Assembly (NCBI GenBank): GCA_004431415.1
Contig: QPMI01000269.1
Coordinates: 1-64,000, forward strand
Direction: 5' to 3'
DNA length: 64,000 bases
Source: Cyanophora paradoxa CCMP329
Taxonomy: Eukaryota > Plantae > Glaucophyta
The notes under the pieces are model-generated. The model worked only from the letters and a program-made list of their open reading frames with translations, made no database searches and was not told the DNA's origin. The position numbers and the translations under genes are program-made. Every line of letters starts with the position of its first letter. Position 1 is the first letter of the stretch. Positions 10,656 to 23,003 of this stretch are shown here, piece after piece.

Positions 10656-13600
10656 GGACCGTCACTGCGCCGCAATCTTCGATGCCCTCACGCTGGAGGC
10701 GTTAGAGCCTCTGAAGGTGGGACAAGCGTCCTGCTGCTTCGTCGCTGACGGCGGGAAGGTGGGATGCAGTGGTAGCTGGAGGCCCGAGTTTTCATCATCA
10801 CGAGCCTCACCCCACCAGCCTCTCTCGCTTGATTTTCTGGCTCCTAAGACTCGCAGCCTACAGTGCTCTGCTCGACAAACAGGCTTCGAAAGTGGTTTTG
10901 AGCGATCCGTAGCCTCCCCTTAGAGCCACGACTCGCGGCCTTGCCGCCGTCCCCTTCGCGAGGCAGGCCCCCCTGTTCACACTCTCTAGCGCCGCTAGAT
11001 GCTCGCAAGTTCATCAGATTCGGCACCTCCACAGGGCAGGGATAGTGGCCACGCTAGCAGATTCAAAATTCAATCCACAGTGGGCACGGAAAGTACCAGT
11101 ACTCTGTGGGCACGGATAGTACCCCGGATAGCACCCACGGATGGCCGTCGAAGCTCATGAAACGCTTCAGAAAGTGAGGGGTTAATTTGAACATCACATT
11201 CGTCTACAGAGGAGCCGGTTCTGCTCCAAATCCTGAATATGTTGCAGGGAGATGCGCGATATGATTGTGTTGAAAAAGGACGGAGAGGGCTGTGGCGCAG
11301 GGGGAGGGGGGGGGCCCGGGGGTGCGCGCTTTGGTCAAGACTGGGATGAGGCGCGAGTCCGGAGTGTGGCTGGGCGGGTAATATATGACTACTTTGCCGC
11401 TGGCGAAGGGCTTGGCCGCCCACGAGCGAGTCCAACGAGGCGGGGCCGCCTGCGAGGACCTTCGAGGGCGCCAATAACGAAATCAGGACGAGGACATGCA
11501 AGGGCGCCACGGGGGCAGAGTTGCGGCGTGCGGATCCGGCCGCGCCCCGCCGGCCGGCGGCGGCCGCGCGTTCAGCGCCGCCGGCGCGGGCGCCACGTCC
11601 ACCGAGACCACCGCGTCCGACCGCAGCGTCTGCCCCCGCCCGCCCCGCCTCAGGGCGGGAGCGCCGGGCGGGGCGGGGGGGGGCGGGCGGACCTTGCCGA
11701 AGGTCTGGACGACGGCGTTGGCGGCGGCGGCCTGGTGGAAACACTGGCCGCCGCCCATACCGAAGGACCTGTTGGGGGCGGCGGCGTGTCAGAGGGCGGC
11801 GCGAGGCGGGACGTGTCCTCCTTGAAGTCCATTGGACCGGCTGCAGTGGCAGTCTCGAACGAGGGGCGCCGCCCTCGTCTCCCGAGGGAGAGAGGGGGAG
11901 GCAAAAGAAGTGTCGGGGAGGCTGCGGGCGAAGGCTCACGAGGATCCCCCCGCAACTCCGCCGGACATGCGCAAGGTGCTGCGCAGCTTCCGCCGGACAT
12001 GCGTGGTGTCGGCCCGGGGAAGGAACACGACGGCTGCTTCCGCGGGCACGTCGTGACGACCTGCGCTCGGGGGCCCTCATGGGGGCAGGGCCTTCGAAAC
12101 CAGTCCTGGGCCTCCGGCGCCATCAGGGGCTTTGACACAACAAAACTCCGAGCCTGTCAAAATGTATTGCAAAACTTCTTCGATTCGAACATTTGCTTCG
12201 ACCGAGATGGTGTCTCCAAGTAGAATGTGCCATGCAAGACAATCTTAGTAATGCAAATAGCAAAAACGGAGCTTTTGTACCGGTGTTTCTTTACGTACTT
12301 ATGTGACGATATTACCATTTTAATAAACACCTTAACTAGAGATGGCAGTTGCCTGGGACGACATAAATAAACAGAGACGGCAGTTGCCTGGGCCTGGGGC
12401 CGGTCGCCAGGAAAATCGAAATCGAAAATTAAGTGGAAAAAAGGCCCTGCTCGCATAGCCGCCGCCCGCCGCCGCGGTGCTGCACGCTGCCAGCGCGCGT
12501 ATCCCGCCTCGGGCCGGAGACCCATGCCGCGCCCCTCGCGCTCCGCCGCCCGCCGCGTCTCCGGCCTTGCGCATCCGCGCCGCCGTCCAGCGCGCCTGCG
12601 CGCGCCCCGCCCGGCGCGCTCCCGATAAAATTGCCAGCCGATGTTCTTGTTGCCGGCTGCCTGCATAGAGCCCTCGCTATCCGGGCGGGCGCGGGCGGGT
12701 TCAGATTCGCAGCTAGCGCGCATGGGTTTCTGGCGAACACGAACCCGCGCGCGCCCGCCAGCTGCAGCAGCGGTAATCCGTCGTCCGCTGGTAAGCGAAC
12801 GTGCCTGGGCCTGCTATATGCATTGCGTGGCAGTTTCTCACACTGAGTAAGCCCGCGGCCGACAGTCTGCTGACGTCATGCCGGGGTTGTGGCGCGCTTG
12901 CATGATCGCCGGCGCAAGGGCGCGAGGCGCAACACAGATCCAGTAAAAATTTTTGCCATCTTAATCATGCGAACTGGCCGACTTGGACAGCGTGACAGAC
13001 ATGCATAATCCGACGGGCCGGGTAGCAAGGGGGAGAAAAGCTTTCGACCCCCTTGCAATAAACCTTTGCGTTCTTACCATCGTGTTCTTTTCAGTGATCC
13101 CTCTTGATTATGTATAGGTCTTGCATGCGCAATCGCCTGCTTTATCTATTTTTTCTGCACTTTGTTATAAGCAGGGGTTTGCCTTTCGTACCGGGAAGTC
13201 TTTCAAATATAAAAAGCATCAATAAATAGTCTCTCTCCACGTACCGTCGGCGAACCGTACTAGTTTTTTGGTGAACTTCGGAATTACCGGCAATCCAGCA
13301 CTGTGGGGCCCCGGGGCCGGGCGTATTTATTCAAACCTGAACCGACAACGGTGTTTGAATTGGTGAACCAAAAAGTAGCGCCCCTTCGGCTGGCCTGACT
13401 GCCTGACTGACTGACTGCTCGCGGGCCCAGCTTGATCATGAGCCTTGATCATGCGCGCGCGCGTGCACGTTGGCCATGAGCGTAATTAATATATTTATAT
13501 TGTTCCGCAACTTGTACCCCCTCACATCATACGCGTACCCTCCGATGAGCACTTCGTGGAGGCAGGGGACCGGGCCCGGCTGCAGGCCGGCCCCACATGT

Positions 13601-13825
13601 ACATGTACATGTACACTGCACGTGCTTATCTCCTCTGAACTTCGACGGCGAGCGTCGGCTGTCAGCTTCGGCTATTGTCTTGTTGCGACTACATACCACG
13701 TTCGGTTGCATGTGAGTAAAATGGGCCTAAGAAACATCTGTGCAGGGGCCTAAGAACCGGGCCGGACTCGCGTGCAGGAGGGGCGACACGGAACGCGGCG
13801 GCACCCCCTCCCCCCGCCTCCCCCG
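10066..13825. repeat. Tandem segmental duplication, unit 1 (~3.78 kb)
   Basis: Sequence from gggacatcttcgctg (10066) recurs at 13844; ORF pairs such as 11483/15272 and 12157/15948 are identical. Confidence 0.97.
11483..11833 (-). pseudogene. Short diverged paralogue or fragment of the 3' exons of the 7230-10655 gene
   Basis: MDFKEDT|SFGMGGGQCFHQAAAANAVVQTFGK|TLRSDAVVSVDVAPAPAALNARPPP matches exons at ~7570-7790 with the intron position retained. Confidence 0.6.
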
Positions 13826-13843
13826 GCGGCACCCCCTCCCCCC

Positions 13844-16800
13844 GGGACATCTTCGCTGCGCCCTCGTCCCGCACCGCCGAGTACGACCGGAACACCTGCC
13901 GGCCCCCGGCGAGCCTCAGCCGCCGCCGCGGGGCGCGCGGCCCAGCGGGGCGGGGCGTGGCGGGGCGGGGCGGGGCGGGGCGGGGCGGGCCTGGCGGAGG
14001 GCCCCTCGACCTGCATGAAGATCGACTGCGCGGGCGCGGGCGGGGGCGTCAGCGGCGGGGCGGGCGGCCTCGCGCGGGGCGGGGCGGGGCGGGGCGGACG
14101 AGGAACTCGGGGCGGTCGGCGATCTTGGAGTCCTCGGAGAAGAGCGCCTTGCGCTTGGCCTCCCCCAGAGGCTCGATGTACGTCTGCAGCAGCGACTCCA
14201 GCCGCTGCCCGCCCCGCCCCCCATCAGCGCCGGGCGCAGCGCGGGGGCCGGGCCGGGGCGCGCCTCGGCGACGCAGGACTGGCAGTCGCGGGCGCGCATC
14301 GACTGGGCGGGGCGATGTGGGCGGCGAGGGCGCGGTACAGCGATCGCGGCGAGCCTCACCCACACCCTCGCGGCTCGTGCTGGAATGCAGCTGAAAGAAG
14401 TATTATATAAGCCTTGGTTGAAGGTAAGGGCCGTCATCGCCATGGACCGTCACTGCGCCGCAATCTTCGATGCCCTCACGCTGGAGGCGTTAGAGCCTCT
14501 GAAGGTGGGACAAGCGTCCTGCTGCTTCGTCGCTGACGGCGGGAAGGTGGGATGCAGTGGTAGCTGGAGGCCCGAGTTTTCATCATCACGAGCCTCACCC
14601 ACCAGCCTCTCTCGCTTGATTTTCTGGCTCCTAAGACTCGCAGCCTACAGTGCTCTGCTCGACAAACAGGCTTCGAAAGTGGTTTTGAGCGATCCGTAGC
14701 CTCCCCTTAGAGCCACGACTCGCGGCCTTGCCGCCGTCCCCTTCGCGAGGCAGGCCCCCCTGTTCACACTCTCTAGCGCCGCTAGATGCTCGCAAGTTCA
14801 TCAGATTCGGCACCTCCACAGGGCAGGGATAGTGGCCACGCTAGCAGATTCAAAATTCAATCCACAGTGGGCACGGAAAGTACCAGTACTCTGTGGGCAC
14901 GGATAGTACCCCGGATAGCACCCACGGATGGCCGTCGAAGCTCATGAAACGCTTCAGAAAGTGAGGGGTTAATTTGAACATCACATTCGTCTACAGAGGA
15001 GCCGGTTCTGCTCCAAATCCTGAATATGTTGCAGGGAGATGCGCGATATGATTGTGTTGAAAAAGGACGGAGAGGGCTGTGGCGCAGGGGGGAGGGGGGG
15101 GCCCCGGGGGTGCGCGCTTTGGTCAAGACTGGGATGAGGCGCGAGTCCGGAGTGTGGCTGGGCGGGTAATATATGACTACTTTGCCGCTGGCGAAGGGCT
15201 TGGCCGCCCCACGAGCGAGTCCAACGAGGCGGGGCCGCCTGCGAGGACCTTCGAGGGCGCCAATAACGAAATCAGGACGAGGACATGCAAGGGCGCCACG
15301 GGGGCAGAGTTGCGGCGTGCGGATCCGGCCGCGCCCCGCCGGCCGGCGGCGGCCGCGCGTTCAGCGCCGCCGGCGCGGGCGCCACGTCCACCGAGACCAC
15401 CGCGTCCGACCGCAGCGTCTGCCCCCGCCCGCCCCGCCTCAGGGCGGGAGCGCCGGGCGGGGCGGGGGGGGGCGGGCGGACCTTGCCGAAGGTCTGGACG
15501 ACGGCGTTGGCGGCGGCGGCCTGGTGGAAACACTGGCCGCCGCCCATACCGAAGGACCTGTTGGGGGCGGCGGCGTGTCAGAGGGCGGCGCGAGGCGGGA
15601 CGTGTCCTCCTTGAAGTCCATTGGACCGGCTGCAGTGGCAGTCTCGAACGAGGGGCGCCGCCCTCGTCTCCCGAGGGAGAGAGGGGGAGGCAAAAGAAGT
15701 GTCGGGGAGGCTGCGGGCGAAGGCTCACGAGGATCCCCCCGCAACTCCGCCGGACATGCGCAAGGTGCTGCGCAGCTTCCGCCGGACATGCGTGGTGTCG
15801 GCCCGGGGAAGGAACACGACGGCTGCTTCCGCGGGCACGTCGTGACGACCTGCGCTCGGGGGGCCCTCATGGGGGGCAGGGCCTTCGAAACCAGTCCTGG
15901 GCCTCCGGCGCCATCAGGGGCTTTGACACAACAAAACTCCGAGCCTGTCAAAATGTATTGCAAAACTTCTTCGATTCGAACATTTGCTTCGACCGAGATG
16001 GTGTCTCCAAGTAGAATGTGCCATGCAAGACAATCTTAGTAATGCAAATAGCAAAAACGGAGCTTTTGTACCGGTGTTTCTTTACGTACTTATGTGACGA
16101 TATTACCATTTTAATAAACACCTTAACTAGAGATGGCAGTTGCCTGGGACGACATAAATAAACAGAGACGGCAGTTGCCTGGGCCTGGGGCCGGTCGCCA
16201 GGAAAATCGAAATCGAAAATTAAGTGGAAAAAAGGCCCTGCTCGCATAGCCGCCGCCCGCCGCCGCGGTGCTGCACGCTGCCAGCGCGCGTATCCCGCCT
16301 CGGGCCGGAGACCCATGCCGCGCCCCTCGCGCTCCGCCGCCCGCCGCGTCTCCGGCCTTGCGCATCCGCGCCGCCGTCCAGCGCGCCTGCGCGCGCCCCG
16401 CCCGGCGCGCTCCCGATAAAATTGCCAGCCGATGTTCTTGTTGCCGGCTGCCTGCATAGAGCCCTCGCTATCCGGGCGGGCGCGGGCGGGTTCAGATTCG
16501 CAGCTAGCGCGCATGGGTTTCTGGCGAACACGAACCCGCGCGCGCCCGCCAGCTGCAGCAGCGGTAATCCGTCGTCCGCTGGTAAGCGAACGTGCCTGGG
16601 CCTGCTATATGCATTGCGTGGCAGTTTCTCACACTGAGTAAGCCCGCGGCCGACAGTCTGCTGACGTCATGCCGGGGTTGTGGCGCGCTTGCATGATCGC
16701 CGGCGCAAGGGCGCGAGGCGCAACACAGATCCAGTAAAAAATTTTTGCCATCTTAATCATGCGAACTGGCCGACTTGGACAGCGTGACAGACATGCATAA

Positions 16801-17622
16801 TCCGACGGGCCGGGTAGCAAGGGGGGAGAAAAGCTTTCGACCCCCCTTGCAATAAACCTTTGCGTTCTTACCATCGTGTTCTTTTCAGTGATCCCTCTTG
16901 ATTATGTATAGGTCTTGCATGCGCAATCGCCTGCTTTATCTATTTTTTCTGCACTTTGTTATAAGCAGGGGGTTTGCCTTTCGTACCGGGAAGTCTTTCA
17001 AATATAAAAAGCATCAATAAATAGTCTCTCTCCACGTACCGTCGGCGAACCGTACTAGTTTTTTGGTGAACTTCGGAATTACCGGCAATCCAGCACTGTG
17101 GGGCCCCGGGGCCGGGCGTATTTATTCAAACCTGAACCGACAACGGTGTTTGAATTGGTGAACCAAAAAGTAGCGCCCCTTCGGCTGGCCTGACTGCCTG
17201 ACTGACTGACTGCTCGCGGGCCCAGCTTGATCATGAGCCTTGATCATGCGCGCGCGCGTGCACGTTGGCCATGAGCGTAATTAATATATTTATATTGTTC
17301 CGCAACTTGTACCCCCTCACATCATACGCGTACCCCTCCGATGAGCACTTCGTGGAGGCAGGGGACCGGGCCCGGCTGCAGGCCGGCCCCACATGTACAT
17401 GTACATGTACACTGCACGTGCTTATCTCCTCTGAACTTCGACGGCGAGCGTCGGCTGTCAGCTTCGGCTATTGTCTTGTTGCGACTACATACCACGTTCG
17501 GTTGCATGTGAGTAAAATGGGCCTAAGAAACATCTGTGCAGGGGCCTAAGAACCGGGCCGGACTCGCGTGCAGGAGGGGCGACACGGAACGCGGCGGCAC
17601 CCCCTCCCCCCGCCTCCCCCGG
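13844..17622. repeat. Tandem segmental duplication, unit 2; includes a truncated 5' copy (13844-14443) of the upstream unknown gene
   Basis: Near-identical to 10066-13825; the differences I found are single-base indels in homopolymer runs. Confidence 0.97.
15272..15622 (-). pseudogene. Second copy of the same fragment, inside duplication unit 2
   Basis: Matches 11483-11833. Confidence 0.6.
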
Positions 17623-17639
17623 GAGCTTGCGCTGGCACG

Positions 17640-19140
17640 TCACCGGCGGAAGGGCCAGAACGAGCCGTCCGAGTCAGAGGCGCCGCCGGAGGGGTTCGAC
17701 GGGCCATACTCTCGGGAGCGCACGTAAGCGCTGCCCTCCCGCATCGAGCTCGCCTCGCCAGTCGAGTACACTGCGGGGAGGTGCAGCGTGAGGGTTGCGA
17801 GGGGCACCGCGAGGAGCTGACGGGCGCGCACCGGACTGGGCGGAGACGGGGACTCCCGGGCCGCCGGCGGGGGCGGCGCCCGGCTTGGCGCCGAGGATGT
17901 CGGTGCCGCAGTTGCCGCACCAGCGGGACCCCGGGGGCACGGCGTTCCGGCAGCTCGGGCACACCGGCGTGAGGGAAACCTCTTGCTGCGGGCGGACGGC
18001 GTCATGCGCGGCACGCCGGCGGTCATCGTGCGCCCTGGCCGGGCCATTCGCGCACCGCGGCGCCGGGGGCGGAGGTGCCGCACTGCAGGGGAGCGGCGTG
18101 AGCACGGGGCGACAAGGCGCGGCCGGGCCGGGGCCGGAGCCGGGTGCGCACGTTCATGCAAAACTTTTGGCCGGGGAGGAGCGCGCCGCGGCAGCCGACG
18201 CAGACGGATGCGGTGGCGATCTCCGGGTTGAAGCCGCCCAGGTTCACTTGTCCGGTCACGAGCCTAGGCGGCGGCGGTCGGCGGGCGGGGCGGAGGGCGG
18301 GGCGGTGCGGGGAAGAGCGAGGGGCGGACAGCTGGTCGGGGATCTCGAAGCGCTGGTGGATGCGCTTGCCATAGTGGAAGAACGCGTAGAGGAAGATGAG
18401 AAGCGCCAGCGACACGATCGTCGCTTCCGGCCACTGGAATTTGAGCCACGCCAGCGAAATGCCTGCCGCCGCCTGTCAGCCGCAGCAAGCGCCGGCGCAC
18501 ACGCCCCGCGGGGGGGGAGCGCACCTGAGATGTGGAAGCTAACCATGCCAGCGCAGAAGAACTTGAAAGTCCAGTTGCGCTCGTAGTTCATGCCGTCCAC
18601 AGCGCGGTGCTGGTAAAACCCGAGTTCAGATTGCGAGGGCGAACGGAACAAGCCGCCGCTGCGGCGCTGTCTGAATGACCGGGCCCGCCAGCGGTGCGCA
18701 CCATCGAGCCATCGGGGCCGCGGAGGGCCAAGCCGGGGCCGAACATGTTGCAGAACGTAGCGTTACACACCGTCAGCAGGTTGAGACCCATAGACATCGT
18801 GCTGATGAAGTAGTATAGAGCCCGGAGGAGCATCATGCGGGCGTCGAGGTCCGGGAAGCTGCGGCGGCGTCAGCGGCGCGGCTGTTTCGAAATCTTAGCG
18901 TAGACGCACTCAATCTGAAGGCTGCGGGGAGGAGAGGACGCCGGGGCGGACGGCAGTCAGGTAGGAGCCGCGAGGCGGGGGAGTGGATCGTTACCCTGTG
19001 TAGGAGAAGCCAGCGAGCAGAGCTGCTTGCGTTGCCAGCGCAGAAAAGTTGGAGGTGAAGAAGTTGAGCTCGCGCTCCCGGATCTGGAGCGAGCTCTTCT
19101 TCAGCGACGACTCCAACGCCTGCTTGTCCGCGGCAAGCAT
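17640..19140 (-). CDS. Orai-like four-transmembrane protein with two C-terminal zinc ribbons (CxxC...CxxC)
   Basis: MLAADKQALESSLKKSSLQIRERELNFFTSNFSALATQAALLAGFSYTGLQIDF (TM1 resembles Orai SALLSGFA), further hydrophobic segments ALYYFISTMSMGLNLLTVC, FFCAGMVSFHISGISLAWL, IVSLALLIFLYAFF, then CVGCRGALLPGQKFCMNCG and CPSCRNAVPPGSRWCGNCG. Confidence 0.7.
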
Positions 19141-19207
19141 TTTGGCCGACTTCGAAGCAGCTGGCCGAGCCGCGACCTCTTCGTGAGGAGGCTGTACCCG
19201 GGGAAAG

Positions 19208-22200
19208 ATGACGGCGTTCGTCTCCGGGATCTCCACGGGGATCTCCGCTGCGCGTAGAACAAGCCTGCGATGGAGTCTGGTGCAGGCACCGTCGCCGAGG
19301 CGCGGTGCCGCGACGGCTCCGGGCCCGACCGCCGCCGTGGCGTCCGGCGCTACTCCAGTCAGTGGTACGGAAAGAGCTCTCCTCGCGCTCACCGATTCCG
19401 CCTGACCCGTAGCAGAACCCGACCGGTTTGTTGTGGCCACGTGCGCCGCGTGTGTGTTTGAGCTTCCGGCTCATACGCGCGCTCGAACTGACGCAGATAC
19501 CTCTCTGGTAACTTCAAACCGGTATTTTCTTCAAACTCGTAAACTGGAGGCGGTCCGCGCGCGCTAACAGTTAACTTTCACCGTCCCGCAGGTCGAGGAC
19601 GAGGTCGCGGCGAAAGGCCTGCGGGTGATCGGCGAGCTCCCCGAGGATCTGAACGGGACGTATGTAAGGTCAGAACCCTCGCGCTCAGCAGATAGCGGTC
19701 AAGGCTGCCGTTTCCGCCGCGCCGCTCAGCTGCAGCGCGAGCAATTGCAAGCTCAGTCTACAAGCTCAGAAACGGGGCGAACGCGCGCTTCCCGCCGGAG
19801 TCCATCGGGCGGCCGCTGCACTGGTTCGAGGGGGACGGAATGCTGCACGCGACGACGCTGCGCAGTGGCAAGGCGAGCTATCGGAACCGGTTCGTCCGCA
19901 CGCCGTCCTTCGAGATGGAGTCCCGCGCCGGTCCGCCCCGCAACGACCCCGCGCGAGCCTCCTCTGGGGCGCGGGGAGAGAGCGCTGAGGGTTAGAGCAC
20001 GGGGGCCCCAGGGAGGCCGCTCTTCAAATACGTGCTCGCGGCCGGCGGCCTCACCTTCCTCGCGAACACCGTGCCCCCCGTCGTCCCCCCCCCCCCCCCC
20101 CGCCCCCCATGCCGGCGCGCCCCGCCGCCCACCGCCGGCGCCTGCGGCAGGTGAGCAACGCGGTGCGGACGGGGCTTCCGGCGAAGCAGCCCGGGAACAC
20201 CTCCGTGCTGCGCTTCGGGGGGCGCCTTCTCGCCCTCGCAGAGGACGAGCCCCCCGTCCAGGCCCGCCCAGCCGCCCCGCCCCGCGCCCCGCGCCCCCCG
20301 AAGCGGCCGGGCGCAGGTGGACGCCGAGACGATGGAGACCCTGGGCGTCTACACTTTTGACGGGCAGTGGACGGGGTGCGCCCGCCTGCCCCCTTCTCCC
20401 GCCGGCCGCGCCCCCGCGATTCGCACCCGACGCCGCGCGCCGCAGACCCTTCACAGCGCACCCGAAGCTGGACCCGCGCACGGGCGAGCTCATCACCTTC
20501 GGCTACAACGCGCGCCCGCCCCACCGTACCCCGGGGCCCGGGGGGACGCGGCGCCCTGACGCCCCCTCCGCCCCCGCAGCCGCAGTCGAGGCCCCACATC
20601 CGCTACGCCGTCTTCTCCCCCGGGGTGCACCCTCGCCGCCGCCCCCGCGCTCGCCGGCGCAGCCTGCAGACGTCGCGCACGGGGGGCAGGGCAAGAAGAT
20701 CCACGAGCTGGCGATCGACCTGCCGGCGTGCCCCCTCATGCACGACACCGCCGCCACCCCCTCCCACACCATCATCTTCGACCTCGTGCTTCCCAGCCTC
20801 GCCCCGCGCCCAGCGCCACCCTCACATCTGCGTCCCGGCAGCCGTTCAACATTCGGCCCGAGCGCGTCCTGTCGGGGCGAAGCCCCATTGGCTGGGATCA
20901 CGGGCGGCCCTCCCGGCGCGGCCGCCCGCACCCTCTCCGCCTTCTCCCGTTGCGTCTCACCGCCCGCTGCAGATTCGGCATCATGCCGCGCTTCGCCACG
21001 TCGCAGTCGCAGATCCGCTGGTTCGAGGCACGGCTCCCGCCCCCCGCGCCGTCCGCGTCCTTGTCTCGCCGGGCGACGGCGGGGGCAGGCGAGCGGGTGC
21101 CACGTGTGGCACAGCGGCAACGCGTGGGAGGAGGGCGGGCGCGTGGTGCTCGTCGGCTGCCGCTTCGACGAGTCCATGGACCTCTACAACCTCGAGCAGG
21201 CCCGCCCCGCCGCCTCGCGCCCGCCCTCCCGCCCCGGCCCCCTCGCTGCCTCCCTCACCCCTCCCCGCTCTCCTCCTCCTCGAGCAGCGCGGTGCGCCCG
21301 GGGGCCACCTCGCCGCCCCCGCTCCCCTCGCCGCCGCTCCCCCTCGCCGCCGGCCGCCGCCGAGGGGCGGGGCGGGCAGGGATCCTGTGGCGCTGGGAGT
21401 TCGACCTGGCGACGGGGCGGACGAGCGAGGGGCCCCTCTGCGAGCACGCCATGGAGTTCCCCCAGGCGCGCCTCCCGCCCCCCCCCCCCCCCCCCCCCAC
21501 CCCCCCCCCCACCACCCCCCCCCCTCCCCACCCCACCCCTCCCCTCCCCTCCCCGCTGACGCCCCGTCACCAGATCAACGGCGCCCTGGCGATGCAGAAC
21601 ACGCGCTATATGTGGAGCGTCCGCACTGCCCCCGGTGCCCCTGCCCCCTGCCTGCTTTCGCTTTCACTCTTCCTTCCCCCTGATCCGGTCCCAGGGGGCC
21701 CCAAGTGGGACGGGTACCTGAAGCACGACCTGCGAACGGGAGAGACGGTAGCGGGGAGCTTCGGGCCTTCCACATTCGGCGGCGAGGTCCGCGTCTTGAC
21801 ACACGAGGCTCGCCGTACCCGCGCCCCTGACGCCCGCCCCCCGCCGGTCGACCCCGCCCCCCCCCCCCCCCCCACCCCGCCCCCCACCCCGCCCCCCCAC
21901 CCCACCCCGCCTCCTCCTCCCAGGCAGTGTTCGTGCCCCGCAGGAACCCCGCGGGCGAGGACGACGGGTACCTGGTGCGCTGCCCTCGCAGGCCTGCCGA
22001 GGGGCGGGCGCGGGCGGGGCCTGGGGGAGGACGGGGGCCGGCAGGTGAACTACGTGCACGACGAGGGGAGCGGAGTGTCGGAGCTGCGCGTGGCGGACGC
22101 GCGGGAGCCCTCCCGCGAGCCCCTCGCCCGCGTCATCCTGCCCCAGCGCGTCCCCTACGGTGCGCCCCGGCCCGCCCGCCCGCCCCCCTTCTCGCCCCCC

Positions 22201-22257
22201 CGCCCCCTGACGGTCGTCGCTCCGGCAGGCTTCCACGGCACGTTCATCCCCGCGTAA
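19208..22257 (+). CDS. Carotenoid cleavage oxygenase (CCD/NCED/RPE65 family) with predicted plastid transit peptide, about 20 introns
   Basis: YLSGNFKPVEDE, GELPEDLNGTYVRNG, HWFEGDGMLH, NTSV, EFPQIN, EDDGYL; four Fe-ligating His motifs FTAHPKLD, MHDTAAT, HVWHSGNAWEE, PYGFHG; N-terminus MTAFVSGISTGISAARRTSLRW is Ser/Thr/Ala/Arg-rich with no acidic residues. Confidence 0.95.
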
Positions 22258-23003
22258 CCCGCTGTACGTCGCGGGGCTCCTCTGCCATTTAATCATTGAA
22301 TATCAGATAGGAGCTGCTTGAAATATGAGATGTACGTATGTGCGCGCGAGCTCGTGAGCGATGTAGAGCATGCATGCGCATGACAAATCGAAGCCGCGCC
22401 GGCGCGTTCCCCCTAGAATTATCGGGATCCCCCCCCCCCCCCCTCTATACCCCCCCAAGCTGCAGCCTCCAGGAAGGCACTCTATAGTCTAATTATAAAC
22501 CACTCTGTACACGCTAAAGTACGCATACCGCCGGGCCGCCCGTCGTGTCGCCGGCACGGCCTCGTCCGGATCCGGAGCGCCTGGTCGAGCCGCCGGCCGT
22601 GGGCTCAGAAAGTCGATGGAGGGGCCGGAGGTCGGAGGACTCGGGAGGGAAAGGCCTAGGAGCGGAGGTCATGGGACCGTCGGACGGGGGCGGGACGAAG
22701 CAAGTAAGCGGCCCGCGGATACTATGATATAGTACATGTGGGCGCGAGCGGATCATCGGATAAGGTGCGCATGCGGGCCCGAATGTCCGTGATCATGATC
22801 TGAATGTTGTTTCAAGTTTCTTGCAATTACCGTAGTACCAGCAGAATACTTATCATCGCATGCAATTGCAATATGAGAACTCTGAGAGGGCATTACGGTA
22901 CGCTAGGGTATTGGTCAGTAGGTCATTTCGTGGCTAGCGTTTGTGTTCCAATTTTGCGAGACACATAGGCATAATGCAGGCGTAATGCAGGCGTCCTATG
23001 CGG

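Noticed and set aside
12120-13760. ORFs in the AT-richer part of the duplicated unit as genes or a transposon
   Set aside because: No recognisable domains, splice pattern or terminal repeats; several ORFs change between the two copies.
21470-21560. Long poly-C/poly-G runs (also ~29830, ~53540, ~61480) as telomeric or special elements
   Set aside because: Intronic low-complexity tracts with no regular telomere unit; lengths unreliable.
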